DNA from: Octopus sinensis
Lineage: Eukaryota
DNA length: 64,000 nucleotides
NCBI RefSeq assembly: GCF_006345805.1
Contig: NC_043001.1
Span: forward strand, 118,482,001-118,546,000
Direction: 5' to 3'
Shown: one piece after another, positions 50,075 through 63,099 of the stretch
Numbering within the stretch: position 1 is the stretch's first letter
Layout of the letters: the number at the start of each line of letters is the position of its first letter
Notes under the pieces: generated by a model
Databases searched by the model: none
What the model saw: only the letters and a program-made list of their open reading frames with translations
Told to the model about the DNA's origin: nothing
Translations under genes and position numbers: made by a program

Positions 50075-53000
50075 TTCTATATGTCTGCCATGTGCAGAAT
50101 ATAGAACAGAGGCGATCATGTCTTGCCTCTGTTCTTTGTTTTCTGTAACTGTTACACTTTCTGATGTTTAATCTTACTTTCTTCCAACCAGTTCGTTCAG
50201 CTTGACATCGATATCATCCTTCTCCTTCTCCTTCTTTTCCCTTCAATCTTTCCAGTCATCACCAAATTCTCTAGGCCCTATTTGCTCACCACAAGACCCA
50301 GAAATCTCAGCTGTTTGGTTATCTCACAAAGCAGTTTCCTACTTAATGCAGTCTGTGTCATAATGTCTTCATTAGACACTTCCTCAGCATTCTCCTTTAA
50401 AACCACATTTCACACCTCTCCAAGCACTTTCTCGTTTCTGATATTATAGACCAGTGCTCCGCAACCTTTTTCCCACTTGTGGTACACTTATATTCTTTTC
50501 AAAATTCGGCTGCACACCTGAACAAAAAATATAAAAATGTAGGGAAAAAGATTATACACTGCGGCACATTTAGCATCGTCTCGTGGCACACCAGTGTGCC
50601 ACAGCCTACCAGTTGATATAGACCATAGCTCACTTCCATACATTAACACAGGGTTGACATTACAGTTCAGTTATACAGATCCTGGATTCGATGCCCAGAG
50701 TCCAGTTCCTTAATACATTATACAATTTTGAGAATGCAGATTTTTGCCAGCACTATTTGTCTTTTGATCTCCTCCACACATCTTGCATCTTCTTGATCAA
50801 AGTTTCAAGGTAACTGAAGGATGTTACCTGCTTAATGATTTGATTGTTCACTTTCAGCATGAACTTTGGGCTTCCCTTCTTTATACCATATCTTGCAATT
50901 TGTGAACAGACTCTTCCTCTCACTTTCTCTGACCACTATATCAAGAAGTCTCTGAAGTTCCTTTTCCAATTCTGCAAGTACAACTGTGTTGTTTGCAGTG
51001 TTTCTGCCTCCTACTCTAAGGCCTTTTTCCTTTTCCAATTCTCTTATGATTAATTTGCTCTAGTAATTGAAGAGATCTGGTGACATAATACATCTTTGTC
51101 TAAACCCTCTCCCTATGCTGGTGTAACATGTCATGTTTTACTTTGTCGAAGGCCTTTGTGTAATCTATAAAACATGAAAATGTCTTTTTGCATCTCCACC
51201 ACCCACTCTTATCATTCTCAATACAAAAATAGCATTTCTCTTACCAGCAGCCTTTACAAAGCCAAACTGTTCAATTCCAATCTCAGGTAAAATTCTCAGA
51301 ATGATCTTTGTAACGTGACTCATGAGACTAATTGTGTGATGTTGTTCACACTCCACTACTCCTGACTTCTTTGGGAGTGCAATAAAGATGGATTTATTCA
51401 GAATCTGGGAATTTCCCAGTATCGTAGATCTTGTTTATTACATCTAATAATTTTCTAATTCTGTATTCCAAAGCTTTTATCATCTTAATGACAATTCCAT
51501 CTGGCCCAGCAGCCTTGTTTTCTTCTCATCATTTTGATGGCTGCCTCTGCTTCAGATTGCAGGATCTTTGGACTCTCATTAAAGTCGGGGAAACTAGGTA
51601 AACTCACTCTCTAATTATGCAATAAATCTCCTATGTACTCTATCCATCTATTTAAAATGTCAACCTTCTTAACCAGTATGATACAAACCTTTGCTCTGAT
51701 ATATCTGGAGTTTGAGCATCTTGACTTTCTGCCAGAGCTCTCATTTATCTTCTGATGTACTTTGTATCCTACCAGTAATTGCCTTTCTTCTCTCTGTTCA
51801 TTCAGTCAGGTCTCTTTAGCCTCCCTACACATCTTTTTAGTCTATTTAGCTCCTGATACTCTTTGGATTTCCTCTCCTGATCTGTCTCTTACTCATCACT
51901 GAAAAGATCTCTTCAGTCATAGATTTCTTTTTTTGGATTTTATTATTTTGGGGGGGCGCAGAATTTCCTGGGCTATTTCTACAAAGGTGTTTCTCATTAC
52001 TTCCCAGGTAATCTCCTCACCATTATCAATCAACTGATTAAATCTATTCTTTACATTGATGGATTACTCTGGCTGCATATCTGGCTTATTCAGCGGCTCA
52101 ACATCTGGTCTCTCCATTGTTCTTATTCTCTTCAAATTCTTTAATTTACATTGGAATGTGCATAACACTGGTAGATGGTTGCTCCCACACTCTGTTCCTG
52201 GATATGTTTTTGCATGTTTCACTGATATTTTAAATGTGTTATTGATGGAGATATAATCAATCCAGTTTTCCAAGCTGTCAACAGGGCCTTTCCATGTGTA
52301 AATTCTTCTAGGGTGCTCCTTAAATCATGCGTTTGTAATAATCATATTCTTTGCCTCTTGCCAATTCCATACTGGCCAACTTTGTTATCCTGTCCACAAC
52401 ACATCATTGCATTTAGATCTCCCATGATGACAGTTTCATCTGACTTGCACTGAGATTTAGCTTCTTCCAAAGTCTCATAGAAGTCATCAGTCTCCACTTC
52501 TCAGCTATTTGCTATGGGTGCATAAACAACTATGATGGCGATGTTAAATAGATGCCCATGCCATTTGACCAGCAGGACTTTTTCACTTATTGTTCAGTAG
52601 CCAAGGACACATTTTGCCCTGTCAAGATCTAAAAGTAGTCCTACGCCTTTTTTATGTTTGTTATCACCTTTATAAATCATCTTGAAACCATCAATGATGA
52701 AGTAACCATTATTTGCTTACCTTGTTTCATTTATGATGTTTAGTCTCATCATCTCTTGTTTAACAATTTCAAGCTTGCTACTTTGATATAAAGGTCTCAT
52801 ATTCCAGGTTCCAACTCTAATGGTACTTCTGTTGCTAGCAATAGTTTTCTGACACTCAGGACCCACCTGCTGCTCATAGGATACCCTACTGAGTGAGGAG
52901 TCATCCTCATTAGACAAACAAGCCCCACTTGATGCTGTTATTTTTCAGCATTGATTTGCAACTATTCATGAGTGTTCTTGGGAATTGTAAGGTAGTCATG

Positions 53001-53350
53001 TGGTTTCCCTGTTGCCTTCTTCACTGCAGCATGATGGTCACATCTAGGGTTACCAGAATGCCTGCCACTTTATCAAGATCTACCATTGACCATCACTCAA
53101 GGATCATCTTCTGAGACACTTGTACTGCATCACTGCTGCCTGGTGCAAGGCATTGCTAGGCCTATTTAAAGGCAGCCTATACTCGCCCTGCCACTGCAAT
53201 ATCCTTGTGGATATGCTGTTTTTGGTGATCCTGTTGGTGCCACCCAAACAGCATCTGGCCCCCTGTTGCTGCTGTAGTTCCCCTTTCAGTTGTCTTTTAC
53301 AACATACAGAGGATGCATGGGAGGTATTCTTTTAAAGGCCCATCCCCAAG
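50075..53350 (-). mobile_element. Near full-length, decayed RTE LINE (5' UTR, APE endonuclease, RT)
   Basis: IRVGTWNMRPL, MGDLNA-like, IDYI...GSNHLPV (APE); TISLMSHVTKI, EQFGF, DYTKAFDKV (RT). Many stops and deletions. Confidence 0.9.
50452..50616 (+). mobile_element. hAT/Charlie-type MITE nested in the RTE
   Basis: Left TIR cagtgctccgcaacc, eroded right end, flanking duplication tatagac/tatagac. Confidence 0.65.
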
Positions 53351-54459
53351 CTAGACACTCATCATTCTTTCATTTCCCCTCTCCCACATTTCCCTGCCTT
53401 CTCTTGCTCACTTTCCCTCCTCTTTTCACTTTGTCCCTGTCATTTTTTCTCGCCTCTCCTTAATTCTTCTGTCCCTCTACTTCTACCTCTCTCTCTTCTC
53501 TCCCCACATGACCAGTGTTCGGTAAAGCCTGATCTTTCTTTCTTGGTTTGGTTGTCCATGCAACATCTATATTCCTCCCTGTGCCTATGAAATCTTGTAA
53601 CCCTGCTGTAAGGCTTTATTTCCACACACTCCAGCTTAATTTATTTTGTCCTCAGTCAAAACACACCTGTTGTTATGTCCTGTTGTTTGTATTTGTGTAA
53701 CATTCTCCGTTTTTTTTCTGTCCTTGTTTTTGTATACATTCGCTGCTTTTGTCCAAGGAATCTAATGCTCTTAGCTTAGTTTTTCCTTGGGGTTGGTCAG
53801 ATTAGAGCAATCTTGAGTATAACCAGCTGAAATTGTAAAGATAATCTGGAACTCGACTGAGGAAAGAAAACTCCGAATGACCCATCCTTGTTTCATTTGT
53901 ATCGTTTATCTGGATGTTTTGCGTTCTTGTCCCATTTTGTATTTTATATACATATATATATAATGCATAATAGATATATACCCACACCCCTACACACGAT
54001 TGCTGGCAGAGTTGTCAAAGCAGTAGATAGATTACTTTGCTGTAACTTTTTTAACATCTTGTGATCTAAGTTCTAGTCCTGTGAAGGTTAACTTTACCGC
54101 TCATTCTTCTGGGGTTGATAAAGTACCAGTCCTATGGAATCAGTTTTTCTCTGTGTGTGTGTGTAAGTGTGTGTATATGTATGTATGTAGGTGTGTACCT
54201 ACATGTATATATGTATGCTTGTTTGTGTGTGTGTGTGTAGTAGAAAGGAAAATGTAATGACTAATGGGACAATGGTAGACCTTTCATAAATGTATTCATT
54301 TCTTAGTAAGATGGGTAACTTTTTTAAGAGACCCTTTCATTTTATGTTCTGCAGCCAACATATAACAAGTCTTTGTTAATTATCTCAGTTAGATCACAAA
54401 CTAGAAATTATACACATTTTGCTAAAAATACAACAATAATTATAAGACATATTACCATG

Positions 54460-54507
54460 ATAATTTCCCTCAACACATTTGGCAACAAATGTGTTGAGGG
54501 AAATTAT
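54460..54507. repeat. Perfect 22-bp hairpin with GCAA loop
   Basis: ataatttccctcaacacatttg-gcaa-caaatgtgttgagggaaattat. Confidence 0.95.
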
Positions 54508-56807
54508 TGTGATATTTGTGGAGAGGGTCACCCAACATGTTAGAAATGTCCCTCAAATTACATCCAACTCTTTACAAAATATGTAAGATACTTTGGATAA
54601 AGTAGTCTTAAATACACTGTTTGAATAAAAGTTGAGCAGCAATGCCTAATCAGCTTAATCGTTATTGATCTGGAATTAAGTCCCATTCATAATTGCTAGC
54701 TTTGATAATCCTGCTGGCAAAGAAATCAACAATACATTTTCTGACTGTAATTGGTCCTAATTATAATCATTACAACAGTAATAATAATAACACAATCATA
54801 AACATCAACAGCTATAACCCCATTAGTTCACAAGTGAACATGATACAGTCTCTCTGTAGTAGCTCAACCTACTAGAGATAATAGCCAACTCTCTCTCCAT
54901 CTTGGAAAAGTAAAGGACACACTGGATAATGTAATTGTAGATAATGTAATTGTAGATACTCTTAAAGAGATAGGATGATGGTCATTACTGGGATGTCTTT
55001 GATCATAAGTCTACTCAATGAAGGTGACTTGGGATTAAACAGCATCAACAAAAACCAATCCTACTCATTTAAAAAATATTTTAAAGAGCATCTTAGTAAC
55101 TTGGACAGTGATGTATAGGCATTGCGGAACATCAGCGCCCCTATTTCCACTCGATATTATCAATAACATTCAATATAATGAGTCCTTTTTTCTTTAAATC
55201 TTTCTTAAACTTGTACACTATATAATCCTTAAGCTTAATACCAGTAGCCATCCCCTAGTCTATGAAAAAAATACAAAAATCCTTCTATAGAACTGTGTGC
55301 TTCACAGTTCCAGTGACCTGATGTTTGGCTGTTGTGTGCATACTCACATGTCTGAGATAGGAAGCTTCACACTAGGAAGAGAGAAAGAGAGAGCACTGCA
55401 TGAATGACAGTGCCGGGTGAAAGGTAGTGTTTCTTTTTGACTCCACATGTGTTGTGCTTAAAAACGTGTTTATATTCTTGAATGTGATAAAGTGTAGAGT
55501 TAGATTATTATCCTGCTTCCAGCTTCAGTGTTGCTGCCAGGATTTGAAAAATAGGGCACATTCCCCCCCTTATTTTGTGATTTAGGGGGGATTTTTGAAA
55601 AACGAGGGGAAATTCACGGCGACCAAATTAAACACATTACACAGCAGTGGCTAAAACGCGAACCAATCAAATTCATGTATAAATTTTCTTTTTATGTTTA
55701 TTTTCTTTTACACAATAATGAAAACAATGGCTAAAAAATTTCTGATGTTGCACCCCCACTAATTTTATCTATGAGCCATCACTGAACTGAGAAGTGCTTC
55801 ATCTTCAAACAGGCTTTATTTGATTATTTTCTTTCAAAGTATAAATGTCAAAGACTATTACAGATGCTGACATGGCTTGTGGTTATTTTGAGGAGTTGTG
55901 GTTTCAGGTTCAGTCCCACTATAACATTGAGCAAATCTCCCTTACACTAGCCTTGTATCAACCCAAGTCTTGTGAGTGAAATTAGGTTGACAGAAAGTGT
56001 GCATTAGTCCAACAACTAGTCTGTATCTGTTTGTGGAAGGAAGCCTTAATCTGTTGCCAGTTTTTACACCTCCACATAATATTTGGTTGCTTTTAATGGA
56101 CTCCAATCTCTTTGAAAGATTCAGACTATATCTCTAGATAGGGGGTATCAAGACGTTCCTACTTTTCTTCCATGTCTCTCACAGACCCTATAAAGAAATA
56201 ATGCTGCTCTTTTACCTCTGACTAAACCTTATGTAAAGAAAAGAAAAATGAAATGTGTAACATTATCTAAAACAGTTTTAAAAAATTCAAATACTTACAT
56301 GGAATTTCTCATGGCAATTACTATAGAATTTAGGCATATTTACCCATTTGCAGCCATTAACTGTTCTGGACTTAGAACATGGATTCATAAGGTACCAGCT
56401 CAGGCTTACATGGAAAACAAAATCACTTTACTAAAAAACAAATTTCACCAGATTGTACAAAATTGGCAGACAATTATGACTTGTAAACTCTATTCCACTC
56501 TTAAATGGTTATTATTTCTAGAAGGCCATGTGACCATGTAAGTCGCTCTTGCATTGGCTTCTTATACAGATTTTTCTCATTGGACAATGAAGCCACTCCA
56601 CTGAGTTTTGAATAGTATGTTTTGACATCCATTGTCAAACATCAAATTTCTTTTTAAGGCACCATTTTACATGACCTTATATTTTACACACTAACAGTTA
56701 AATCATCCTAATGACATAATTGTACATATTTCGAGGTTTTTTTGATCAGAGCACACTCTACCTACACAACAACAATATATTCACATGTATCATCTATTCA
56801 CTATATA

Positions 56808-56842
<35 letters not shown>

Positions 56843-56860
56843 TATATATATATATATATA

Positions 56861-57254
56861 TATCTGTCTACAGCGAGAAATTTTCTCCCAGAGAAAATAC
56901 AGTAAATGGCTTTCTTACATGTTTGAATATGCCTCAAGCATATTTGATAACAACTTTGTATTTCTACACATCACTACTGGGTGCTTTCATTCCATATTTC
57001 ATTTACAGTGAGTTGCTGACTTGCACAACCAGTCATAGCACAGCCACTGTTAGTTTGCAGTGTCTGCTTTTCCAGTTCCTGGTGCTGAAGAAGAGATAAC
57101 CACTTGGAAATGCTTGCATCCAGGCTGGTCAGGGAACATTGCAAACTGACTCCATATGTTTATACCTATCTGTCTACAGCAAAAAAATTTTTTCCATGGC
57201 AAAATACAGTGAATGGCTCTCTTACAGGTTTGAATGTGCCTCAGGCATATTTGA
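56861..57254 (+). repeat. Pair of ~87-bp diverged direct repeats, offset ~306 bp
   Basis: tatctgtctacagc...aaaatacagtRaatggct...gtttgaatRtgcctcaRgcatatttga at 56861-56947 and 57167-57254. Confidence 0.85.
57076..57136 (+). ncRNA. Type I hammerhead ribozyme-like motif
   Basis: ttcctg-g-tg-CTGAAGA-(15 nt)-GAAA-tgc tt gca-TC-ca...caggga. Confidence 0.5.
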
Positions 57255-57999
57255 ATTAGGAACAGGTTTGTCTATCTATCTGCCATCTGTCTGTCTGTCT
57301 ATCTATTATATACCCATCATCATCTTCAATATCATTTTACTTCTGCCTTTCATGTTGGCATGGGTTGGATGGGTCATGGGTTTCCTTCCTAACATCATCC
57401 ATTTTATAGAGAGTACCAAGAGTATGCTATTATGGCACCATATAAATGTGTGTGTATGTGTGTCTTTCCATTGTACTGACAAGTATGTATATGTGCATAG
57501 GCAGGCATGGATTAACCTTGAAACAAAACAAGCACTTCTTTAGGAACCAAAGTGAAGGGGTCATTACTCTGTTTTACTTGTGTTGTTTTTACCATTTTGC
57601 AGCTGAATATGGACCCCATAGAAAGTGTTGAAAATTTTCTTTTTTTTTTTTGTTGTTATATTAGTCATAACAAGCAATTTTGAATATTAATTACTAATAT
57701 TTAGTGTTAAATAAATAAAATTAAATATAAACAGGTTATATTTAATACAGTTGTGGGACTTGGTCTGGGGGAAGGACCTGGAATAAAACTGAATTTTCAA
57801 TCTGTTATTTCACATTCAACAATTATGTGTTAATGTGTTGTCAGTTAAGCAACTGGAAGGGTCAAAGAAGCCCCAGTGTTGGGCTCTGTTTAAGGCTTCA
57901 GCTGGTTCTCATCTGGCTTTGTGGGAATTAGGTATGCATGGAAGTCTTCTAAGATGATTTCTTTGTTTACTTATTAGCTACTTCAGTTAATTATTATAC

Positions 58000-58300
58000 T
58001 CCTTCACTTAGCCTATTACATTAGCCCCGAACTTATTATATTAACATCACATTACTGGCAGTTTTCATTTAGCCTCACACTAATCTCAGATTTAGACAGT
58101 TTTCATTTCGCCTTTCACACTAACCACACATCATAGGTAGCTTTTATTTAACCTCTCAAACTCACCCTACATTATAGGCTCCTGTCACTTAACCTATAAC
58201 ATTAATTTCATATAAAAGTAATTCTTATTTAGCCTATTCCATTAGTTTCGCATTACTGGCAGTTTTCATTCAGCCTATCACATTAACTCTGCATTAGGGG
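58000..58300. repeat. Ancient degenerate ~40-bp tandem repeat (~7 copies)
   Basis: Recurring attactggcagttttcatttagcctatcacattaa-like units. Confidence 0.7.
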
Positions 58301-59209
58301 CAACATTTGAGTTTTGTTTTTCTCTTGATTATAAATATAGATACTCAAAATAACATTTATGTCACTGTTGGCACTCATTTTTGTTTCAGACTCTGGGTCT
58401 CATAGCAACACATTATTAATTCTTATTTTTGGCCAATGATTGAATAGTCCTAGATCCCCCTTGATGTTTAGTCATCAGTTTCTCTTTGGTTCTCTTCATT
58501 TTTCTATTACTGCCTGGATTCCAGTATAACAGTTAATTAGTGGGTCTGATGGAGTAATATTTAGCCATATCAAATGTCTTTTGCATGTAGCGGCACAAGC
58601 AGCCAGTGCCATATTGGATGAGATCTCGCGACAGCCATTGCCATCTCCAAGACTGGAGAGAGACCTCACCTGCATCCATTTGCCACAACGAGGCTTGCGA
58701 TGGAGAAAACTATATAAAGGGAAAACCTTCTTCAAATTCCTCTTCTTCGGCGCCACAACACAGCAGCACTGGCTGAACAACACCACTGGCTGTGGCTTTC
58801 TGCCTGTCTATCTCCAGAGGCAATGTGCCCACACTATCGGAACTTAAGATGGTAGCTGAGAGCTGCACATTTTCACCTTTCCTGTAAATAAACCAGTTGC
58901 AAAAAGCATTTATGCTTGAAGTCTTTTCTCTTCGCCTGCCAGAATCCTGAACTACATAAAGAACAAGAAGATGATGGAAGGAAATGATATTCTTCCAATA
59001 TCGTAACCTTGCCTTCCATTATTAAATGCAGATATTACTGGAAGTTGCTTAGCCTCAGGTCAGCCCTGATTAAACAGTCCTGTGTACTGTACCTGTCTTT
59101 ATTCCAGACATAATGTACTTCAGAATACATTATTCTATGCACCCTTCTGCTTTTGTGATTTGAAGGAGGTCTGATCACTATTCATAGCATATTGGGAGAC
59201 TGTGTAGAG

Positions 59210-59428
59210 CAGTGGTTTTCAACCAGGGTTCTGCGGAACCTTAGGGTTCCGCCAGTACAGTCCAGAGGTTCTGCAAGAAGTTACAAAATTGCTAAAATCG
59301 ACAGTAATTTTTAATTCTCCTGTGCAGATATGTTTGCATAAGACTATTAAATTATTGCACAGGGGTTCCTCGAGCCAGTGGAATGTTTCCTTGGGGTTCC
59401 GCTTCAGCAAAAAGTTTGAAAAGCACTG
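59210..59428 (+). mobile_element. hAT (Charlie-like) MITE
   Basis: TIRs cagtggttttcaacc / gtttgaaaagcactg; perfect 8-bp TSD gtgtagag at 59202-59209 and 59429-59436. Confidence 0.92.
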
Positions 59429-60434
59429 GTGTAGAGGCTCTTTTTCTGAGGGTTGCATTAATGGTTTTTGTTGTTGCTTGATCCAAGGCTAACCATGATT
59501 GAGCAGATTGCATCAAGACATTCTAACTACGAATATCCTGTCGTTTTGTATATCAGATATGACTGGAAGATGCAAGTCGGGTAAGTTGGTAGTGTCTTTA
59601 ACTGGCAATGAAAGACAGCTACAATGGTGCAAGCCAACGAAAAGTTGAGGTAATGCAAGGGCAAATGCATACTTACACACATACATGTATGCATGCACCC
59701 ATCTGTTTATCCGCACACACACACACACACATATATATACATACACACACATACATACATACGGTGTGTATTGAAGTATACTTCTATATGTTTGCACACA
59801 TTAACTACACAATTATTTGTTAGATACTGTAAAAAGTGACACACATATTTATATATGCATGGCATGTATGTGTGTATTATTACGTATAATTGCATTATTT
59901 GTTCTAAACTATGCGTAATTAACGAGCAAGTAGAGAGGGAGAGAGAGAGAGAGAATTATTGTAGTTCCACTAGGTCATAGAAAGGAAGCAAAAATGCCGA
60001 TTTCGTTCAATGTACTGACGTGTCGCCACCACTTTGTGTGTGTGTGTGTGTGTGTGAGTGAGTGTGTGTGTGTGTGTTACATGAACACTAATAACAGCTG
60101 TTACTTTAGTTTTTATATCCTATTTTGCCTGTTGGTCTAAAAACCTATTTTTGTCAAATCAGTAAATAATTTTGCTCTCTGAACATACTGCATAAAATAT
60201 AAATATATTATTCCCCTTTCTGTTTTTATTTACTAATCAACATGATATTGTTCTCATTAAGTTCTTGACCAAGACAAAAAAAACCAAAAAACACACGCAA
60301 AAACAAACTAAAATTCTAGAGTGAAATAGGAAAAAAAAACAAATTTTCTCCTATTGTGTGTCACTGTTTGCTGAGTGAAGAATTGCAGATTTTGTGACTT
60401 TTTTTTTTTTTTTCGCATTTGGACCCTAAAATAC

Positions 60435-60541
60435 ATGTCATTCAGCCAAGGGAACTATTATTACCAGGTATCCAGGATGAACATTGACGATTATTTCAGT
60501 GATAAAAACAAACATATTCAATTACCATGGGAAGATACATG
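60435..60541 (+). CDS. Candidate first coding exon of an unidentified downstream gene
   Basis: ATG-initiated open frame MSFSQGNYYYQVSRMNIDDYFSDKNKHIQLPWEDT ending at a strong donor tg|gtgagt; CpG-retaining unique surroundings. Product not recognised. Confidence 0.4.
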
Positions 60542-63099
60542 GTGAGTAAGAAAGCAAAACTAAACAAACTCAAGAAAAGTTACTCTCGAATTTCTCTTTT
60601 CGTGCTAAATTATTTGGTTCGTCTGATGAAAACCAGACAAAAAATAGGAGTCATTTTGCGCATTAGAATGGTATGAAAGGGTTGGTGGGCGCAGAAATTT
60701 AAAAGAAAATCTGCACCCTTTTTGGAAAAACGATTTAGAATGAGTTTCTCTTTCTGAAACAGATGAATGCTTAACAAATGAAAAAGGAGGGTGTATCCGT
60801 TCTTTTTCCCCGACTGAAACTTGGGAGGTTGAAGGTAGAGCTTTTCAAAACTCCACCGAAAATAAGTTTATTGTCACTAAGTTAATAATTCTAAGGTAGA
60901 ATCTGCAGATTTGTGTTTAAAAAGCCTAAAAGGAAAGGACAATTCTACACACTTTTAATAGTGACTAGGTTAACAATCGTTGAAAAAGTTTGGTCAGAAA
61001 CAACAAGTTTTCATCTCTAACAACTCGTAAAATAGTTTTTAAGTTGATAATCCGTAAGTTTTTTTAAAAATAAAAAACTACTGATTATCATCGTTATTGT
61101 TATTTAACTGGAGGTCAACCTTAATTAAACAAACCTATGAACGAAAGGCTTTGCAACACGACCATCTCATTTTTTAAGGGAGTACATTATTCAATGTATT
61201 CATCCTTGTATAATACGGTGAGGTTGATTTGAAGGAGATTTGGCTGTTATTTCTCGCAGGTTGAGCCAACCGCATTGAAGCTCCCTCGTTAGACATAAAG
61301 ATCAATGATTGTTGATTCTTTATGGCTGGGGAATGTGAAAGTTTTGATGTTCTTTTTTCCCCCAAACAGTCTAAAGCTTATGAATCGATAACACGTTTTG
61401 AAACTATTCTTTACAGCCTGTTATATCCTATCTTTACCTGCTGCTTCTGCTTGTTAACTTACCTGCTTAAGTAAACATTAACCACTTTCATATATATATA
61501 TTACGTTGAACTCTTTTACAGCATGCATTATTTAGTTACGGCTCTTAATGTTGCGAGTTCAAATCCCATCCCTTCAACATCGATAAAATAAAGTACCCTA
61601 TTAGATGGCGTTTAAGACACTTTACCCTGTGTCCTATATGTAAGTTTGGGCCTCCCATAAGCTTTAAGGCACTAATTTGTTTTTCGTTCTGGAATATATC
61701 CTGTCAAAATTTGGTGCGTCGAATATGTCCATGCATCTTTTATGCCATCAAATACGGCACTTGTCTGGTAATGGGGTCTATTTAATCGACTACTCCGTCC
61801 TACCATCGGCCACTAAATTTTCAGGCCTTGCGTCTATATTAGACATAGTTGAATTTATCTTTAATTCCATTGCTCCCTAAATGATAGGAAAACCAAGTTG
61901 GGGAAAATGCCATGTTGATGGAGAATGAGGGTGTGAAGATCAAAGGTTACACATGTACTACGTTGTCTCACACTTAATTAAGTTCTATTGTTTAATATTC
62001 TTAGGTTAAATAGGGTTCTAGCAGATACAAAACAGAAAATCCTTTGTCTAGCCTAACCTAATTTACTTTTCCTTCTTTCTTTTGGCACTGATGGAGGAAG
62101 CCCCTGATGTGAGGGTCAATACAACTTTCACCCCCTCTATTGGTCTATACAGATAGGTAGACCTTCTTACTCGCTCTCCTTTTCCCACCAGTACCCTAGC
62201 AGTTATTCGCAGAAGAAATTAACTACCTCCAAAATGGATAACAGAACTACAAACAATCTGTGCTTAACAACAACTCAAAGAATTTGTAACTTACACTGTA
62301 ACGATAAAAATAAAGGGTCATTTCAGTCAACAATATTTTTCTTATTATTTATTTGATGCATATAATTCATCACAATTTTGCTGACCCCTTGCTACATAAT
62401 ATCATTACAAATGTTTTGTCATTTACTTGTATGTGATCACCAGTTTCCAATGATGTGAGTGGTTGTCCTACATGTTGGTTATAATGTTCCTTTATCAGAC
62501 TTTGGCACTTAGCATGTCCACCCTGAACATCCAATTGATTTTTTTGTATGTGGCAGAAGTAATCACCTTCACAAAGGTCTTCCTTTGTTACTGTTGTCTA
62601 TTCCCGGTTGTAGTTGAGTAAGACAACAATGAAAGGTGTTCAAATTGTGATAACCATATCATTTGTATATCAGGACCTATATAGTTCAATAAAACCTTTA
62701 TTTAAGACAGTAAAATATGATTTGTGAGTTCTGGCTACTATTTTCTGCAGATTAAGTGACCATCTCTTAGCTCCCTGTTGAACAAAACAGTTAATCAATC
62801 AACAACCCTTCTTCTGTCTTACATTTTCTATTTCATATCTTCAGAATAGGTGGCTGAACTTACAAACTACTTAATTTATTATTTCAGTGAAGGGGTTGTC
62901 TTTAAAGACTGAGTTTGGGCTTATTTACAAAGGGAGGGTGGATAGAATGGGTGGGTTTTTTTAACAACACATGTTCATAATGATACACTAACACTATTAT
63001 TAAATTGGCAAACTCCCAAGGCATTCTGTAATGTGTCTGTCACATTCCCCCTTTCTTGCCTTTGTGACAATAATTAAGAAATCATCATCATCATCATTA

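Noticed and set aside
53590-53945. Interspersed repeat-like block with ctgagga...gaa
   Set aside because: No GAAA or valid stems, and no termini or second copy in the window to classify it.
55526-55783. cagtg...cactg bounded MITE candidate
   Set aside because: TIR similarity is short and there is no target-site duplication.
62810-62830. Minus-strand CTGAAGA-tat-GAAA
   Set aside because: No stem II or stem III; likely a chance match in AT-rich DNA.
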